Of a stretch of DNA of 40,467 nucleotides, positions 31,002-40,467 are shown in pieces (position 1 is the stretch's first letter; each line of letters starts with the position of its first letter). The notes beneath the pieces are model-generated. The model saw nothing but the letters and a program-made list of their open reading frames with translations. It was not told the DNA's origin and did no database searches. This DNA is from a virus. Taxonomy: Duplodnaviria; Caudoviricetes. Where the stretch lies: the IMG/VR virus record IMGVR_UViG_3300037307_000179, positions 1 through 40,467 of that record. The stretch is one strand, 5' to 3'. The translations under genes and the position numbers were made by a program.

Positions 31002-33254
31002 ATGCAGGTAACAAAAAGAACGGGTAGTACAGAAAATTTTTCAGTAGAAAAGATACACAAGGTTGTAGAGTGGGCAACAAGCGGAATCAACGGCGTCAAT
31101 CTGTCTGACATTGAAATGAACGCCAATCTTTCTATTTATGATAAAATTCCGACAAAAGAAATTCACAAAATTCTAATAAAAAGTGCCAACGATCTTATAT
31201 CTACATCTTCACCAAACTATCAATATGTTGCTGCTAGACTTTTAAATATGGAATTGAGAAAAGAGGTTTGGGGCTGTGGCAATAAACCAACAGATTTTTT
31301 GTTGTTTTTAGAAAGAAATGTAGATAACGGAATCTATGATTCTAATTTTTTAGACAAGTGGATTGATAAAAGCACTCCTAACGACCCATATCACAAGATA
31401 AATCATCTTGGAAAGTATATAAATCATTCTCGTGATGATTTGTTTACATATGCTGGTTTGCAACAATTGATTGATAAATATCTTGTAAAAAATAGAAGCA
31501 CAGGGGCGATATATGAAACGCCTCAGTTTGCTTATATGTGTATTGCTATGTGTTTGTTTGACAGCGTTGATAGTGTTAAGTCTGCTTATGATTGTTATTC
31601 TACCTTTAAAATCAATCTACCCACACCCATCATGGCCGGTGTTAGAACAAACATTAGACAATTTGCGTCTTGTGTTTTAGTTGATATCGGTGATAACTTG
31701 GATGCTATTTTCAGTTCCATACACGCTGTCGGAAAATACACGGCTAGACGGGCTGGAATAGGAATCAATATTGGCAGGATGCGACCAATCAATTCGCCAA
31801 TCAGGGGTGGTGAAGTTATTCACACGGGCTTGATTCCGTATCTAAAAAACTTTGAGAGTGCGGTAAAGTCTACAAGTCAAAACGGTTTGCGTGGCGGTTC
31901 TGCAACCGTCCATATTCCGTTCTGGCACTATGAGATTGAAGATATCATGGTACTAAAAAATAATGCTGGTACTGATGATAACCGTGTTCGCAAACTAGAC
32001 TATAGTGTTCAATTCTGCAAACTGTTTTATGACCGTTTGATTGCAAACGAAGATGTTACTTTATTTAGTCCGCACGAGGCCAAGGGTTTATATGAATCGT
32101 TTGGCAACAACGAAAAGTTTGAAGAATTGTATTTAAAATATGAAAATGTTCGCTCTATGAAATTTAGAAAGAAAGTTCCTGCTCGCAAAATAGCAGAAAT
32201 TTTTGCCCGCGAAAGATTAGAAACTGGCCGCATTTACAGTATGAATATTGATAATGCCAACGAGCATGGATCGTGGAATGTTCCAGTTTATATGTCTAAT
32301 TTGTGCCAAGAAATTATTCATCCAACAAAACCAATTCAATCAATTGATGACAAGAACGGTGAAATTGGCATATGTATTTTGTCGGCATTAAATTTACTAG
32401 AATTGAACAACGAAAAGGACATTGAAAATGCTTGTCGTATAGCTGTTCGCACACTAGAATCTGTTATTGATTATCAAGATTATCCAGTGGTTGCCGGTGA
32501 AAACTTTACAAAAAATCGACGCTCCCTGGGTATTGGTATTACAAATTTGGCCGGTTTTTTGGCAAAACACAAACTAAAGTATGGAGAACCAGCGGCCCTA
32601 CAATTGATTCATGAAATAATGGAACAAATTCAATGGAATCTCATTAGTTCAAGTTGTGAATTGGCACAAGAAAAGGGTCCGTGTGCTAAATTTTCAGAAA
32701 CAAAATATGCTGACGGACTACTTCCGATTGATTGGTACAAAAAGAGTGTTGATAAATTAGTTGAACCAGTATATAATATGAACTGGGAAGAACTCAGAGA
32801 ACGCGTCAAAAAATATGGCCTGCGACACTCTACGCTATCAGCTATCATGCCCTGCGAATCGTCTAGTGTTATTCAAAATAGTACGAATGGCATAGAGCCT
32901 GTTCGTAGCCTTTTGATGCACAAGAAAGCTAAAAACGGTGTTCTAAAACAGCTTGTGCCAAATTTCCATATGCGTAAAAATTTTTATACTTTGGCTTGGG
33001 AAATGCGTAGCAACAAAGCTATATTAGATACATCGGCCGTAATTCAAAAGTTTACAGATATGAGCATCAGTACAAACTTGTACTACAATTATGCTCATTA
33101 TGAGGACGGTAATATACCGTTAAGTATTCTGATAAAAGATCAAATTTATGGCTATTCTTTGGGCTTAAAGAATTTCTATTACGCCAACACGCCAGATGGT
33201 GACGGTGAAACAGAAAAAGACATGAACTGTGAATCTGGGGCGTGTGCTATATGA
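31002..33254 (+). CDS. nrdA: class Ia ribonucleotide reductase alpha subunit with ATP cone
   Basis: VTKRTG ATP cone, PTPIMAG, QFASCVL, SNLCQEI, MPCESSS, NSTNGIEP, C-terminal CESGAC. Confidence 0.97.
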   Translation: MQVTKRTGSTENFSVEKIHKVVEWATSGINGVNLSDIEMNANLSIYDKIPTKEIHKILIKSANDLISTSSPNYQYVAARLLNMELRKEVWGCGNKPTDFLLFLERNVDNGIYDSNFLDKWIDKSTPNDPYHKINHLGKYINHSRDDLFTYAGLQQLIDKYLVKNRSTGAIYETPQFAYMCIAMCLFDSVDSVKSAYDCYSTFKINLPTPIMAGVRTNIRQFASCVLVDIGDNLDAIFSSIHAVGKYTARRAGIGINIGRMRPINSPIRGGEVIHTGLIPYLKNFESAVKSTSQNGLRGGSATVHIPFWHYEIEDIMVLKNNAGTDDNRVRKLDYSVQFCKLFYDRLIANEDVTLFSPHEAKGLYESFGNNEKFEELYLKYENVRSMKFRKKVPARKIAEIFARERLETGRIYSMNIDNANEHGSWNVPVYMSNLCQEIIHPTKPIQSIDDKNGEIGICILSALNLLELNNEKDIENACRIAVRTLESVIDYQDYPVVAGENFTKNRRSLGIGITNLAGFLAKHKLKYGEPAALQLIHEIMEQIQWNLISSSCELAQEKGPCAKFSETKYADGLLPIDWYKKSVDKLVEPVYNMNWEELRERVKKYGLRHSTLSAIMPCESSSVIQNSTNGIEPVRSLLMHKKAKNGVLKQLVPNFHMRKNFYTLAWEMRSNKAILDTSAVIQKFTDMSISTNLYYNYAHYEDGNIPLSILIKDQIYGYSLGLKNFYYANTPDGDGETEKDMNCESGACAI

Positions 33255-33327
33255 CACGTTTAGTTCCGACCGCCACAACGACTTGTTTACCACTTACCTA
33301 AGACCACGTTAAATATTGTACAGAAAA

Positions 33328-34401
33328 ATGAAAACAATTTTCAATCTAAAAAATGTTGACCCAATGACCCAGCCGCTTTTTCTCGGAAAAGATTTGGGGG
33401 TACAACGATATGATGTTCTCAAGTATCCTGTTTTTAAGGAACTTGATAGCAAACAAATGATGAACTTTTGGCGTCCAGAAGAAATCGAACTCAAGAAAGA
33501 TAGGGGCGATTTCAAAGAAATGTCAGATAATGAAAAGTTCATATTCACATCAAACCTAAAGTATCAAACAATGCTCGATAGCGTTATTTGCCGTGGAGTA
33601 CCCACACTTTTAGAGTTTGTTACCAACACTGAACTGGAAGCGTGTTTGATGACATGGCAATTCTTTGAAAAAATCCACTCTCAAAGTTATTCCTATATAA
33701 TACAAAATGTTTATGCCGATTCAAAAGAGGTTTTTGAAGGAATTTATGAAGATCAGGAAATAATCAAGCGTGCAAGAAACGCTATTGAAGATTATAATAA
33801 CCTGATGGGTATGCATTGTGATTCTAATAGTATAGAAGATTTGAAACGTCAAATCTATATGACCATCATAAGTATTAATATTTTAGAAGCTGTTAGATTC
33901 TATGTAAGTTTTGTTTGCAGTTTTGCTTTTGCCGAAAATAAAAAGATGGTTGGCAATGCAGATATTATAAAATTAATCAAACGAGACGAGGCTTTACACC
34001 TAACTAATACTCAAGAAATTCTTAAAATTCTTCAAAAAGAAGAAAGCGAGGGTTTTACTAAAATTGCAGAACAATGCCGCGACGACGCGGTGGAAATGTT
34101 TGTTAGGGCCGCACAAGAGGAAAAGGAGTGGGCATCATATCTATTTAAAGATGGGTCTATCATCGGTTTAAATGAGCAAGTTCTTCACCGATATATTGAC
34201 TGGTTGTGCATGACACGAAGAAAGACTCTGGGTCTACCATACGAGCACACAGGAAAAAATCCTATTGCCGGATGGACAGAACATTGGATGAAAAGTAGTT
34301 CTGTACAAGTTGCTCCACAAGAACATGAAATAACAAGCTATAAAATTGGGGCTAGTAAAAACGATCTTGACAATATGGACTTTGGAGATATGAAGCTATG
34401 A
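33328..34401 (+). CDS. nrdB: class Ia ribonucleotide reductase beta subunit
   Basis: FWRPEEI, YQTMLDS, EKIHSQSY, LEAVRFYVSF, IKRDEALH, QVAPQE. Confidence 0.97.
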   Translation: MKTIFNLKNVDPMTQPLFLGKDLGVQRYDVLKYPVFKELDSKQMMNFWRPEEIELKKDRGDFKEMSDNEKFIFTSNLKYQTMLDSVICRGVPTLLEFVTNTELEACLMTWQFFEKIHSQSYSYIIQNVYADSKEVFEGIYEDQEIIKRARNAIEDYNNLMGMHCDSNSIEDLKRQIYMTIISINILEAVRFYVSFVCSFAFAENKKMVGNADIIKLIKRDEALHLTNTQEILKILQKEESEGFTKIAEQCRDDAVEMFVRAAQEEKEWASYLFKDGSIIGLNEQVLHRYIDWLCMTRRKTLGLPYEHTGKNPIAGWTEHWMKSSSVQVAPQEHEITSYKIGASKNDLDNMDFGDMKL

Positions 34402-34802
34402 AAAATAACAACGATTGTTATCATGATCAACTAGCTAGAATGAAGATGCTGGAAGAACTAAATAATACATCCACGGATTTTGAATCTGATATTTATAGTC
34501 CAACAGAAAGTTATTTTATTGATAAGATTAGAAGATGGCATCACGATAGAAATCTTATCAAAGGTTCTTCGGATAAGGATCAGTTTTGTAAGTTAATGCA
34601 AGAAGCCGGAGAATTGTCTGACAGTATTTGTAAAGGAAAAAGCGTTGCTGACGATATTGGTGATATGATTGTTGTCTTAATTAATATAGCAGAGCGTAAT
34701 AATTTAACACTAACCCAATGTTTAGAGCAGGCGTGGAATGAAATTAAAGATAGAAGGGGTAGGATGGTTGACGGCGTTTTCGTCAAGGAGTCTGATACAT
34801 AA
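34398..34802 (+). CDS. MazG-like nucleotide pyrophosphohydrolase
   Basis: KLMQEAGEL...DDIGD...AWNEIKDRRG. Confidence 0.85.
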   Translation: MKNNNDCYHDQLARMKMLEELNNTSTDFESDIYSPTESYFIDKIRRWHHDRNLIKGSSDKDQFCKLMQEAGELSDSICKGKSVADDIGDMIVVLINIAERNNLTLTQCLEQAWNEIKDRRGRMVDGVFVKESDT

Positions 34803-34829
34803 TATTCTTTCTACCATACAAGGTTTTAT

Positions 34830-35492
34830 ATGAGAAAAACTAGAAACGCTAAAGACGCTGAAAAAAGCAAACTTGTTCCACTAGAAGCAAAAACGCACAA
34901 CCAAAAAGAATATATTCGTGCAATTATTGAAAACGATGTTATAATTTGTTCTGGACCTTCTGGTTCTGGTAAATCTTTTATTGCTGCCGGTGTAGCTGCT
35001 CATAAATTGTATCGCGGCGAAATAGATAATATTATTGTTACTCGTCCTCTAGTGTGTACCGGTAAAGATCTTGGTTCGTTGCCAGGAGAAATAAACGAAA
35101 AAATTGCCCCATACTTATTGCCAATGAAAGAGAATTTAAAGTTCTTTTTAACGCAAGCGTATTATGGTCATTTTGAAAACAACGGTGATATTCAGTATCG
35201 CCCACTAGAAGTGATGCGTGGTTCCACCTTTCATAACTCTTATATGATACTGGATGAAGCACAGAACTGTACAGTAGATCAAATAAAAATGTTCATATCT
35301 AGAATGGGACAAAATTCAAAGGTTTTGATAAATGGAGACGTTCAACAGAACGATCTTCATGGTAGAAGCGGTTTAGAACTTGTTATGAACAAACTTTCTA
35401 GGGTTCAGGGTTGTGCTGTTTGTCGCCTAAATTATGAAGATATCCAACGTCACGACTTGATTGGAAAAATATTAAACGCACTGGAGAATTAA
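34830..35492 (+). CDS. phoH: PhoH-family ATPase
   Basis: GPSGSGKS, TRP, LPGEINEK, MRGSTF, ILDEAQN, GDVQQND, DIQRH. Confidence 0.95.
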   Translation: MRKTRNAKDAEKSKLVPLEAKTHNQKEYIRAIIENDVIICSGPSGSGKSFIAAGVAAHKLYRGEIDNIIVTRPLVCTGKDLGSLPGEINEKIAPYLLPMKENLKFFLTQAYYGHFENNGDIQYRPLEVMRGSTFHNSYMILDEAQNCTVDQIKMFISRMGQNSKVLINGDVQQNDLHGRSGLELVMNKLSRVQGCAVCRLNYEDIQRHDLIGKILNALEN

Positions 35493-35497
35493 CGAAG

Positions 35498-35863
35498 ATG
35501 CCAACCTATGATTATGAATGTTCAAACTGTGAACATTTGGTACCAGATATTTATCAAAAGATTGATGATAAGCCGCTAAAAAAATGCCCATCGTGCGGAA
35601 AAAACAAATTATTTAAAGTGGTTACTGGAGGTTTGCACGCATCTGTTAAGAATATTAAAACGGTTGGTCAGTTAGCCGACGCGAACGCAAAGAAAAATAA
35701 AAATAAACTTAACGAAATTGCTTCTAAAAAGAAAGAAGAAACACAACAGGAACCTAAGCCATGGTATCATGACCCTAAATATGGTGAAAACGCCAGCAAC
35801 AAAGAAATTAATAAAATGACAAAAGAACAAAAAATTAGATATGTAATGGAGGGGAAAAAGTGA
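35498..35863 (+). CDS. FmdB-family zinc-ribbon protein
   Basis: MPTYDYECSNC...KCPSCG. Confidence 0.85.
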   Translation: MPTYDYECSNCEHLVPDIYQKIDDKPLKKCPSCGKNKLFKVVTGGLHASVKNIKTVGQLADANAKKNKNKLNEIASKKKEETQQEPKPWYHDPKYGENASNKEINKMTKEQKIRYVMEGKK

Positions 35864-36222
35864 CAAACGAAAGAAAAATAAAGTATATAGACAAAGACTC
35901 TTTCTTAGAAAAAAACACTAAAGAAATTTTATTTGACCGCACGGGCACACCACTTGACGCCGAAAGCAAACACAGAGTTCCTCATTACGCAAAAAGCATT
36001 GAAAGTATAAGTGGAGACAGTGGAACAAATTTAACCTATTATATTCGTATTTATCAGGGTACTCCGCTAGATCCAATGGGTCCGTATGCACGTAGAGAAA
36101 GAAATCTTGACACAAAACTACAGCGTGTTTCAAAAAATACGTTTGATCTTTATTTGACATATTTAAAAACCAATAATTCTATTTATTTAACAAAAGCACA
36201 GAGGGGTTTATTAAATGACTAA
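35860..36222 (+). CDS. hypothetical protein
   Basis: GTGA overlap, GGAGG RBS. Confidence 0.75.
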   Translation: MTNERKIKYIDKDSFLEKNTKEILFDRTGTPLDAESKHRVPHYAKSIESISGDSGTNLTYYIRIYQGTPLDPMGPYARRERNLDTKLQRVSKNTFDLYLTYLKTNNSIYLTKAQRGLLND

Positions 36223-36550
36223 AAAGGGACCACTAAGCAAAGCCGAAAAGTTTTACATTAAAAGTCATCCAGATCTAGATATAGAACAACTTTGCAAAGA
36301 TCTAGATCGTGCAAAGGCAACTGTAAATGAATTTATTAAAACGTTGCCAAAGATACCAAACACTTCAAAGCCACAGCCGGTGGAAAAAAAAGAAACCCCC
36401 TTATCAAAACAGTTTGCTAGAAATGATAAGGGTGGTGCAACCATAATGACACCAAACGCTTCTATTATGTCAGATGATAAGCGGTCAGAATTTCGCGGTG
36501 GAACCACAAAAAGATCGGAGCGTTGTATTACTAAAATACATAGGGATTAA
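36215..36550 (+). CDS. hypothetical protein, possible N-terminal HTH
   Basis: LSKAEKFYI...IEQLCKDLDRAKATV. Confidence 0.7.
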   Translation: MTKKGPLSKAEKFYIKSHPDLDIEQLCKDLDRAKATVNEFIKTLPKIPNTSKPQPVEKKETPLSKQFARNDKGGATIMTPNASIMSDDKRSEFRGGTTKRSERCITKIHRD

Positions 36551-36551
36551 T

Positions 36552-36998
36552 ATGGACAATCAAAAATGGGCAGACTTTTATCGTAGTGATCGTTCGAACA
36601 CCAAACATGTGTTCATTAAAGTAATGACCACGGATGGCGAACACTTCTTTTTTCACGACTATAATAAATGGTTTGAAATAAAAGAATATTGCGAAAAAAA
36701 TTCTGTCTTTATTAAAGATTTACATTTGCAATTTAGGTCCAACCGATGTATTATAGATATAGAGAATTCTGATGCGGTCTATCTTGTTCGTGCCGTTCTT
36801 GGTGCTTTAGGACAAGAAACAAGACACTATTTTACTGTTGGCACTTTACGTAATGGTAAAATGTTAAAACAAATGTACGTCGTTCCAGAGCTAGTAAAAG
36901 AAAAAGAGTATGAAGATGCTTTAAACAACTGTTTTGATGAGGCTTTGATATACGATGAAAAAAAGAAAACGAACAGAAAAAAGCAAGTACAAACATGA
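36552..36998 (+). CDS. hypothetical protein
   Basis: ATG at 36552 with AGGGA RBS. Confidence 0.7.
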   Translation: MDNQKWADFYRSDRSNTKHVFIKVMTTDGEHFFFHDYNKWFEIKEYCEKNSVFIKDLHLQFRSNRCIIDIENSDAVYLVRAVLGALGQETRHYFTVGTLRNGKMLKQMYVVPELVKEKEYEDALNNCFDEALIYDEKKKTNRKKQVQT

Positions 36999-37419
36999 GT
37001 CAACCGGAGATTATTGTACTTGTGCTGCATACGTTGCTGAAATTATGTGTCGTAAAAACGCTGAAAATAAAAACGAGGGTTCACTTCCATATAAATTCTG
37101 GAATAAAAAACCTTGGGACTGGACATTCAAACGTCAACTTTACGCAGCCAATAAACTTATAAAAGAATTTGGCGAACACGCGGTGGTTAAGGCGATAAAT
37201 TCAGACGAATTTAATGGTATATTTTCTTTAAATCACCCAAAAGCAAAATCTATTATAAAGAAATATCACATTATAGTTTCTGAACAAGAATCAAAGCCGA
37301 AACAAAAAATTGACTATGTAGAGGACGCAAAAACTAGAAGCAATTCTTATAGTTCTAAAAAAAGCATACTACAAAGACTGAGGAAAATTGAGAATGCCGA
37401 AGAAAAAGAGTTCGAATAA
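36955..37419 (+). CDS. hypothetical protein
   Basis: 154 aa, GAGG RBS, upstream of recA. Confidence 0.75.
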   Translation: MKKRKRTEKSKYKHESTGDYCTCAAYVAEIMCRKNAENKNEGSLPYKFWNKKPWDWTFKRQLYAANKLIKEFGEHAVVKAINSDEFNGIFSLNHPKAKSIIKKYHIIVSEQESKPKQKIDYVEDAKTRSNSYSSKKSILQRLRKIENAEEKEFE

Positions 37420-38512
37420 ACCAGAATCAACGGGCGATTTATTGGTTGATGGTATCAATAAAAAATATGGTGCTATTATTGAGTCTGGAAGCAGAGTTTT
37501 AGAAACGTTGGAAACTTATGATGTTATCAGCATTTCGCCAGCACTTGATATAGCTTTGGGCGGCGGTATCAGAGAGGGTCAATGTGTTGGTATGACCGGC
37601 GATCCAAAAACCGGAAAAACGACCACAGCACTTTATTTTGCGGCAAAGGCTCAAAAACTTGGCAAGCGTGTTTTTTATATCAATACCGAGGGGCGTCTTA
37701 CAAAAGAAAATTTTAAAGGAATAAAAGGTCTTGATATTGAAGCAATTCAAATCGTGCAAGCAACAGACGAAGAACCAAAAGTTTCTGCTGAAAAATACCT
37801 AAACACCCTTGAAACACTTATTAAACAAGAGCCTGGAATTGTCTGTATTGTTGATTCTGCCTCTAATATGGTTCCAGAAGAAGAACTAGACGGAGAAATA
37901 AGAACCGGGGTTCGAAACGCACTACCAAGATTGTTGTCAATGTTCTTTAAAAGAATAAGTGGCGATGTTTCAAGGATGAGGTCTATAGTTATTTTTATAA
38001 CACATAATATTGCAAACACAAGCGGCAGCCGTTATGCACCATCCAAAATGTCAGATTGCGGAAACATGTTGCAATATCAAGTTAGTACAAACATGGTAAT
38101 AACGCACCGTGGAAAGTGGGAAGTTCCAAAAGAATCTGGAAATCATGTTGGTCAAGTTGCTAATTGGAAAATTTTAACCTCTGCTGCTGGTGGACGCCCA
38201 AATAGCCTTGCAGAAAGCTGGATTAGATATGGGATTGGTATAGATGAAGCACAAGAAATTTGTCATATAGCAACTCAATTTGCGTTAATTTCACCAAAAG
38301 GTGCTTGGTATACTATTTCGTCTTTTGTAGACAACAAAGACGATCCAACAATTCAGGCATATCTTCGAAAGAACGAGATAGATCCAAACAATCAAGAAGA
38401 AGTTGAACGTGCTTTTAAGTTCAATGGAATGGATAATCTATCTTCATTTATTACGGAAAACGAAGAGTTACAACAGTTTTTGGTTCAACAGGTAAAAGAT
38501 CTTTTACTATGA
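37394..38512 (+). CDS. recA: RecA/UvsX-like recombinase
   Basis: LDIALGGGIREG, Walker A GDPKTGKTT, YINTEGR, Walker B IVDS, IRYGIGID, KGAWY. Confidence 0.88.
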   Translation: MPKKKSSNKPESTGDLLVDGINKKYGAIIESGSRVLETLETYDVISISPALDIALGGGIREGQCVGMTGDPKTGKTTTALYFAAKAQKLGKRVFYINTEGRLTKENFKGIKGLDIEAIQIVQATDEEPKVSAEKYLNTLETLIKQEPGIVCIVDSASNMVPEEELDGEIRTGVRNALPRLLSMFFKRISGDVSRMRSIVIFITHNIANTSGSRYAPSKMSDCGNMLQYQVSTNMVITHRGKWEVPKESGNHVGQVANWKILTSAAGGRPNSLAESWIRYGIGIDEAQEICHIATQFALISPKGAWYTISSFVDNKDDPTIQAYLRKNEIDPNNQEEVERAFKFNGMDNLSSFITENEELQQFLVQQVKDLLL

Positions 38513-38925
38513 AGGTGCTTGGTCTTAACGGTAAAGAATACAATTTAGACTTAAAAAGATATTCAAAGGAACGTTCAAATTGTTCTAAGTATCATGTTCG
38601 TGCAAGACAGGTCTTATTAGAAAAATTCAATGGATATTCTGTCTACGAAGAAGTGAAGTTGCCAGGAACGGTAAATCCAGCAAAAAAATCCGTTTTGTAT
38701 CTTGACTTTTTTATTCCAAATGCTAAACTGGGGGTTGAGGTTCACGGCGAACAACACTATAAATTTATACCATATTTTCATAAAACAAAAGCTGGTTGGT
38801 TATATTCTCAGATGCGTGATAGACAAAAGCTACAATGGTGCGAATTAAACAACTTAGAATTGATTGTTTTTAGATTTGATACGTCCGAAGATTTTTGGAG
38901 AAAACAAATTGAGCATTGCTGCTGA
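38509..38925 (+). CDS. PD-(D/E)xK-type endonuclease (Vsr/DUF559-like)
   Basis: LYLDFFIP...GVEVHGEQHY...RDRQK..WCELNNL. Confidence 0.8.
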   Translation: MKVLGLNGKEYNLDLKRYSKERSNCSKYHVRARQVLLEKFNGYSVYEEVKLPGTVNPAKKSVLYLDFFIPNAKLGVEVHGEQHYKFIPYFHKTKAGWLYSQMRDRQKLQWCELNNLELIVFRFDTSEDFWRKQIEHCC

Positions 38926-39367
38926 TAGATTACAGGAATTTTTAGACAAGATAGATAATTATATTTCTTGTCAAAATATTTCGTCTCCACGATTTAACGA
39001 AGAATTTGCTGTTGCAGAAACTTTTGATACAGAAACGCTATCATTATTGACGCAAGATGAATGTTTTAATTACGCATACATGCTGTATCAATATGCAGAC
39101 CATGTAGCTAGCGAACGATCAAAACAAGAAAATGTGGTCAGATGGTGTGAATCTAGCTTAAATAGTATTCTAGCACAGGAAATGGACAATCAAGAAATTG
39201 CAAAATACGAAATTAAAGTCGCAAGAGTCTTGTTTGAGAACGAATTGGCAAAAAAAATAGACGAATGGAAAAAACATGCAGAGTCTAGGCTTGCAAAATT
39301 GGTGAGTCGAGAATATAATATACGTAGGAAGGCCGATATACTAATAGAAAAGGGGAAACGTAAATGA
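38909..39367 (+). CDS. helical/coiled-coil hypothetical protein (possible recombination mediator)
   Basis: TTG at 38909 with GGAG RBS, lies between recA and the helicase. Confidence 0.65.
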   Translation: MSIAADRLQEFLDKIDNYISCQNISSPRFNEEFAVAETFDTETLSLLTQDECFNYAYMLYQYADHVASERSKQENVVRWCESSLNSILAQEMDNQEIAKYEIKVARVLFENELAKKIDEWKKHAESRLAKLVSREYNIRRKADILIEKGKRK

Positions 39368-39780
39368 ACGATAGCGACCCGGTAAAAATATTGCTTGAAT
39401 CTTTGACACCAGAACAAAGACAGCAACTTATCCGTGGGCTTATGGCTTCTAACGCACCCAAGGGCCTGACCAGTGAAGAAAAAATTCTTAATGAAGAAAA
39501 GGTGATTGTAAATGAAGATTTTACGGTTAGTCGTGTTAATGAACCTACAAATAGGAAGGTACCAGTGAGGGCTAAAAAGAATCGTTGGGTAGATGAGGGT
39601 TTTGATCGTGATCCAGATTTTGATCCGGTAAAATTTGAAAAGATGGGCCGCACCGCAAGGTCTAGATCTAAACCAGAAAAGGTAGATGTGACTTGTCATA
39701 TCTGCGGTCGCTCGTTTAACATGAATCCAAATCTAATCTATGGTGAAAATATTAGATGTAATCGTTGTACGGGGCGATAA
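39364..39780 (+). CDS. hypothetical protein with C-terminal zinc ribbon
   Basis: CHICG...CNRC. Confidence 0.75.
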   Translation: MNDSDPVKILLESLTPEQRQQLIRGLMASNAPKGLTSEEKILNEEKVIVNEDFTVSRVNEPTNRKVPVRAKKNRWVDEGFDRDPDFDPVKFEKMGRTARSRSKPEKVDVTCHICGRSFNMNPNLIYGENIRCNRCTGR

Positions 39781-39783
39781 ACC

Positions 39784-40467
39784 GTGGACAAACTTTGTGA
39801 TCTTGGTTCAGAAAGAGCTGTTCTAGCAGGTCTTTTCAATCATGGATTTGATGCCTATGTTGAAATAAACGACCTAATCACTCACAACAGCTTTGTACAC
39901 CAAAACAATCAGATTCTATACAAGTGTATAGAAAAGATACTTCAAGGTGGTGCTACTATAGACCTAGCGTCTATATTATCTGCTGCTAATCAACTTAATT
40001 TTTCTAATGTTATAAACACAGAGCAAGAATTAGAATACATTCGTTCTTTGATGGATTTTCCCGTCAAACAGGACAACGTACCGTTTTTTGCTGCACAAAT
40101 CAGAAAACTTGAGTTTGCAAGAAACGCAAAAAAAATAGCGAAAAGAATCGAACATAATATTGATGAAATCAATGGTGATGAATCCATTGATGATATCATT
40201 AGTATGATTGAAACCCCGCTCATTGATTTTTTGCGTGACGATAATACTGGTCAAAAACCCGAACAGTTGGGAGACGACATTGAGAACTATTTAGAGTTCT
40301 TGATAGAAAATAAATGTGATCAGATTGGGTTATCAACGGGTTTTCCAAGGTTTGACGCGGTTATTGGTGGTGGATTACGCCGCAAGTGTGTTGATCTTGT
40401 GTCTGCACGCCCAGGCGTTGGTAAATCTGTTTTTGCTGATAACGTAGCTTTACACAACGCACGCAAG
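39784..40467 (+). CDS. dnaB: DnaB-like replicative helicase (5' part, runs off the window)
   Basis: GTG start, SERAVLAGL N-terminal motif, GLSTGFPRFDAVIGGGLRR, Walker A SARPGVGKS. Absent from the ORF track because there is no stop. Confidence 0.92.
   Translation, partial: MDKLCDLGSERAVLAGLFNHGFDAYVEINDLITHNSFVHQNNQILYKCIEKILQGGATIDLASILSAANQLNFSNVINTEQELEYIRSLMDFPVKQDNVPFFAAQIRKLEFARNAKKIAKRIEHNIDEINGDESIDDIISMIETPLIDFLRDDNTGQKPEQLGDDIENYLEFLIENKCDQIGLSTGFPRFDAVIGGGLRRKCVDLVSARPGVGKSVFADNVALHNARK

Noticed and set aside
33251-33301. 16-aa Thr-rich ORF between nrdA and nrdB (MTRLVPTATTTCLPLT*)
   Set aside because: It overlaps the nrdA stop but has no other support. Likely chance or a remnant.
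47-40254. Most minus-strand ORFs in the track
   Set aside because: Antisense shadows of well-supported + strand genes. Only 6417..6614 is retained.
1-40467. Alternative genetic code or suppressor tRNAs
   Set aside because: Conserved genes are intact in code 11 and end in TAA, TAG and TGA. The UAG, UAA and UGA anticodons are ordinary Leu/Ser anticodons read 5'-3', not suppressors.
31002-40467. Inteins or introns in nrdA, nrdB, recA or dnaB
   Set aside because: Lengths and motif spacing are normal, and no intein splice motifs are seen in the visible parts.

Overview
A 40.5-kb segment of a large (jumbo-type) dsDNA bacteriophage genome, almost entirely on the + strand, with strong sigma70-type promoters and standard code 11. 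Left part (0-13.5 kb): rIIA/rIIB-like genes, a metallophosphoesterase, UvsE UV-damage endonuclease, ThyA and many small hypothetical genes. Middle (13.6-21.4 kb): a tRNA/ncRNA island. The window holds 24 tRNA genes in total, none encoding CCA. The island also has a Pth2 peptidyl-tRNA hydrolase, a group I intron in tRNA-Leu(UAA) carrying a LAGLIDADG gene with an internal stop, and a circularly permuted (two-piece) tmRNA. Right part: ssb, dCMP deaminase, GT4 glycosyltransferase, a phage sigma factor, a holin-like/C1-protease/thioredoxin membrane cassette, nrdAB, MazG-like, PhoH, RecA-like and the start of a DnaB helicase. Best candidate for an undescribed system is 18965-21430, which looks like a single transcription unit. 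It carries four copies of a stem-bulge-stem-GUUCCUA RNA module. One copy is grafted in circularly permuted form into the anticodon loop of a tRNA-Asn-like body, and one can fold over the RBS and start codon of a 591-aa protein with a TerD-like C-terminus. That gene's stop codon overlaps the two-piece tmRNA. Also notable are a ~300-nt highly pseudoknotted ncRNA candidate (6667-6963) and a second tRNA-like RNA with an expanded anticodon loop (15475-15569). All structures were read by eye and no database searches were run. Product calls rest on recognised motifs.
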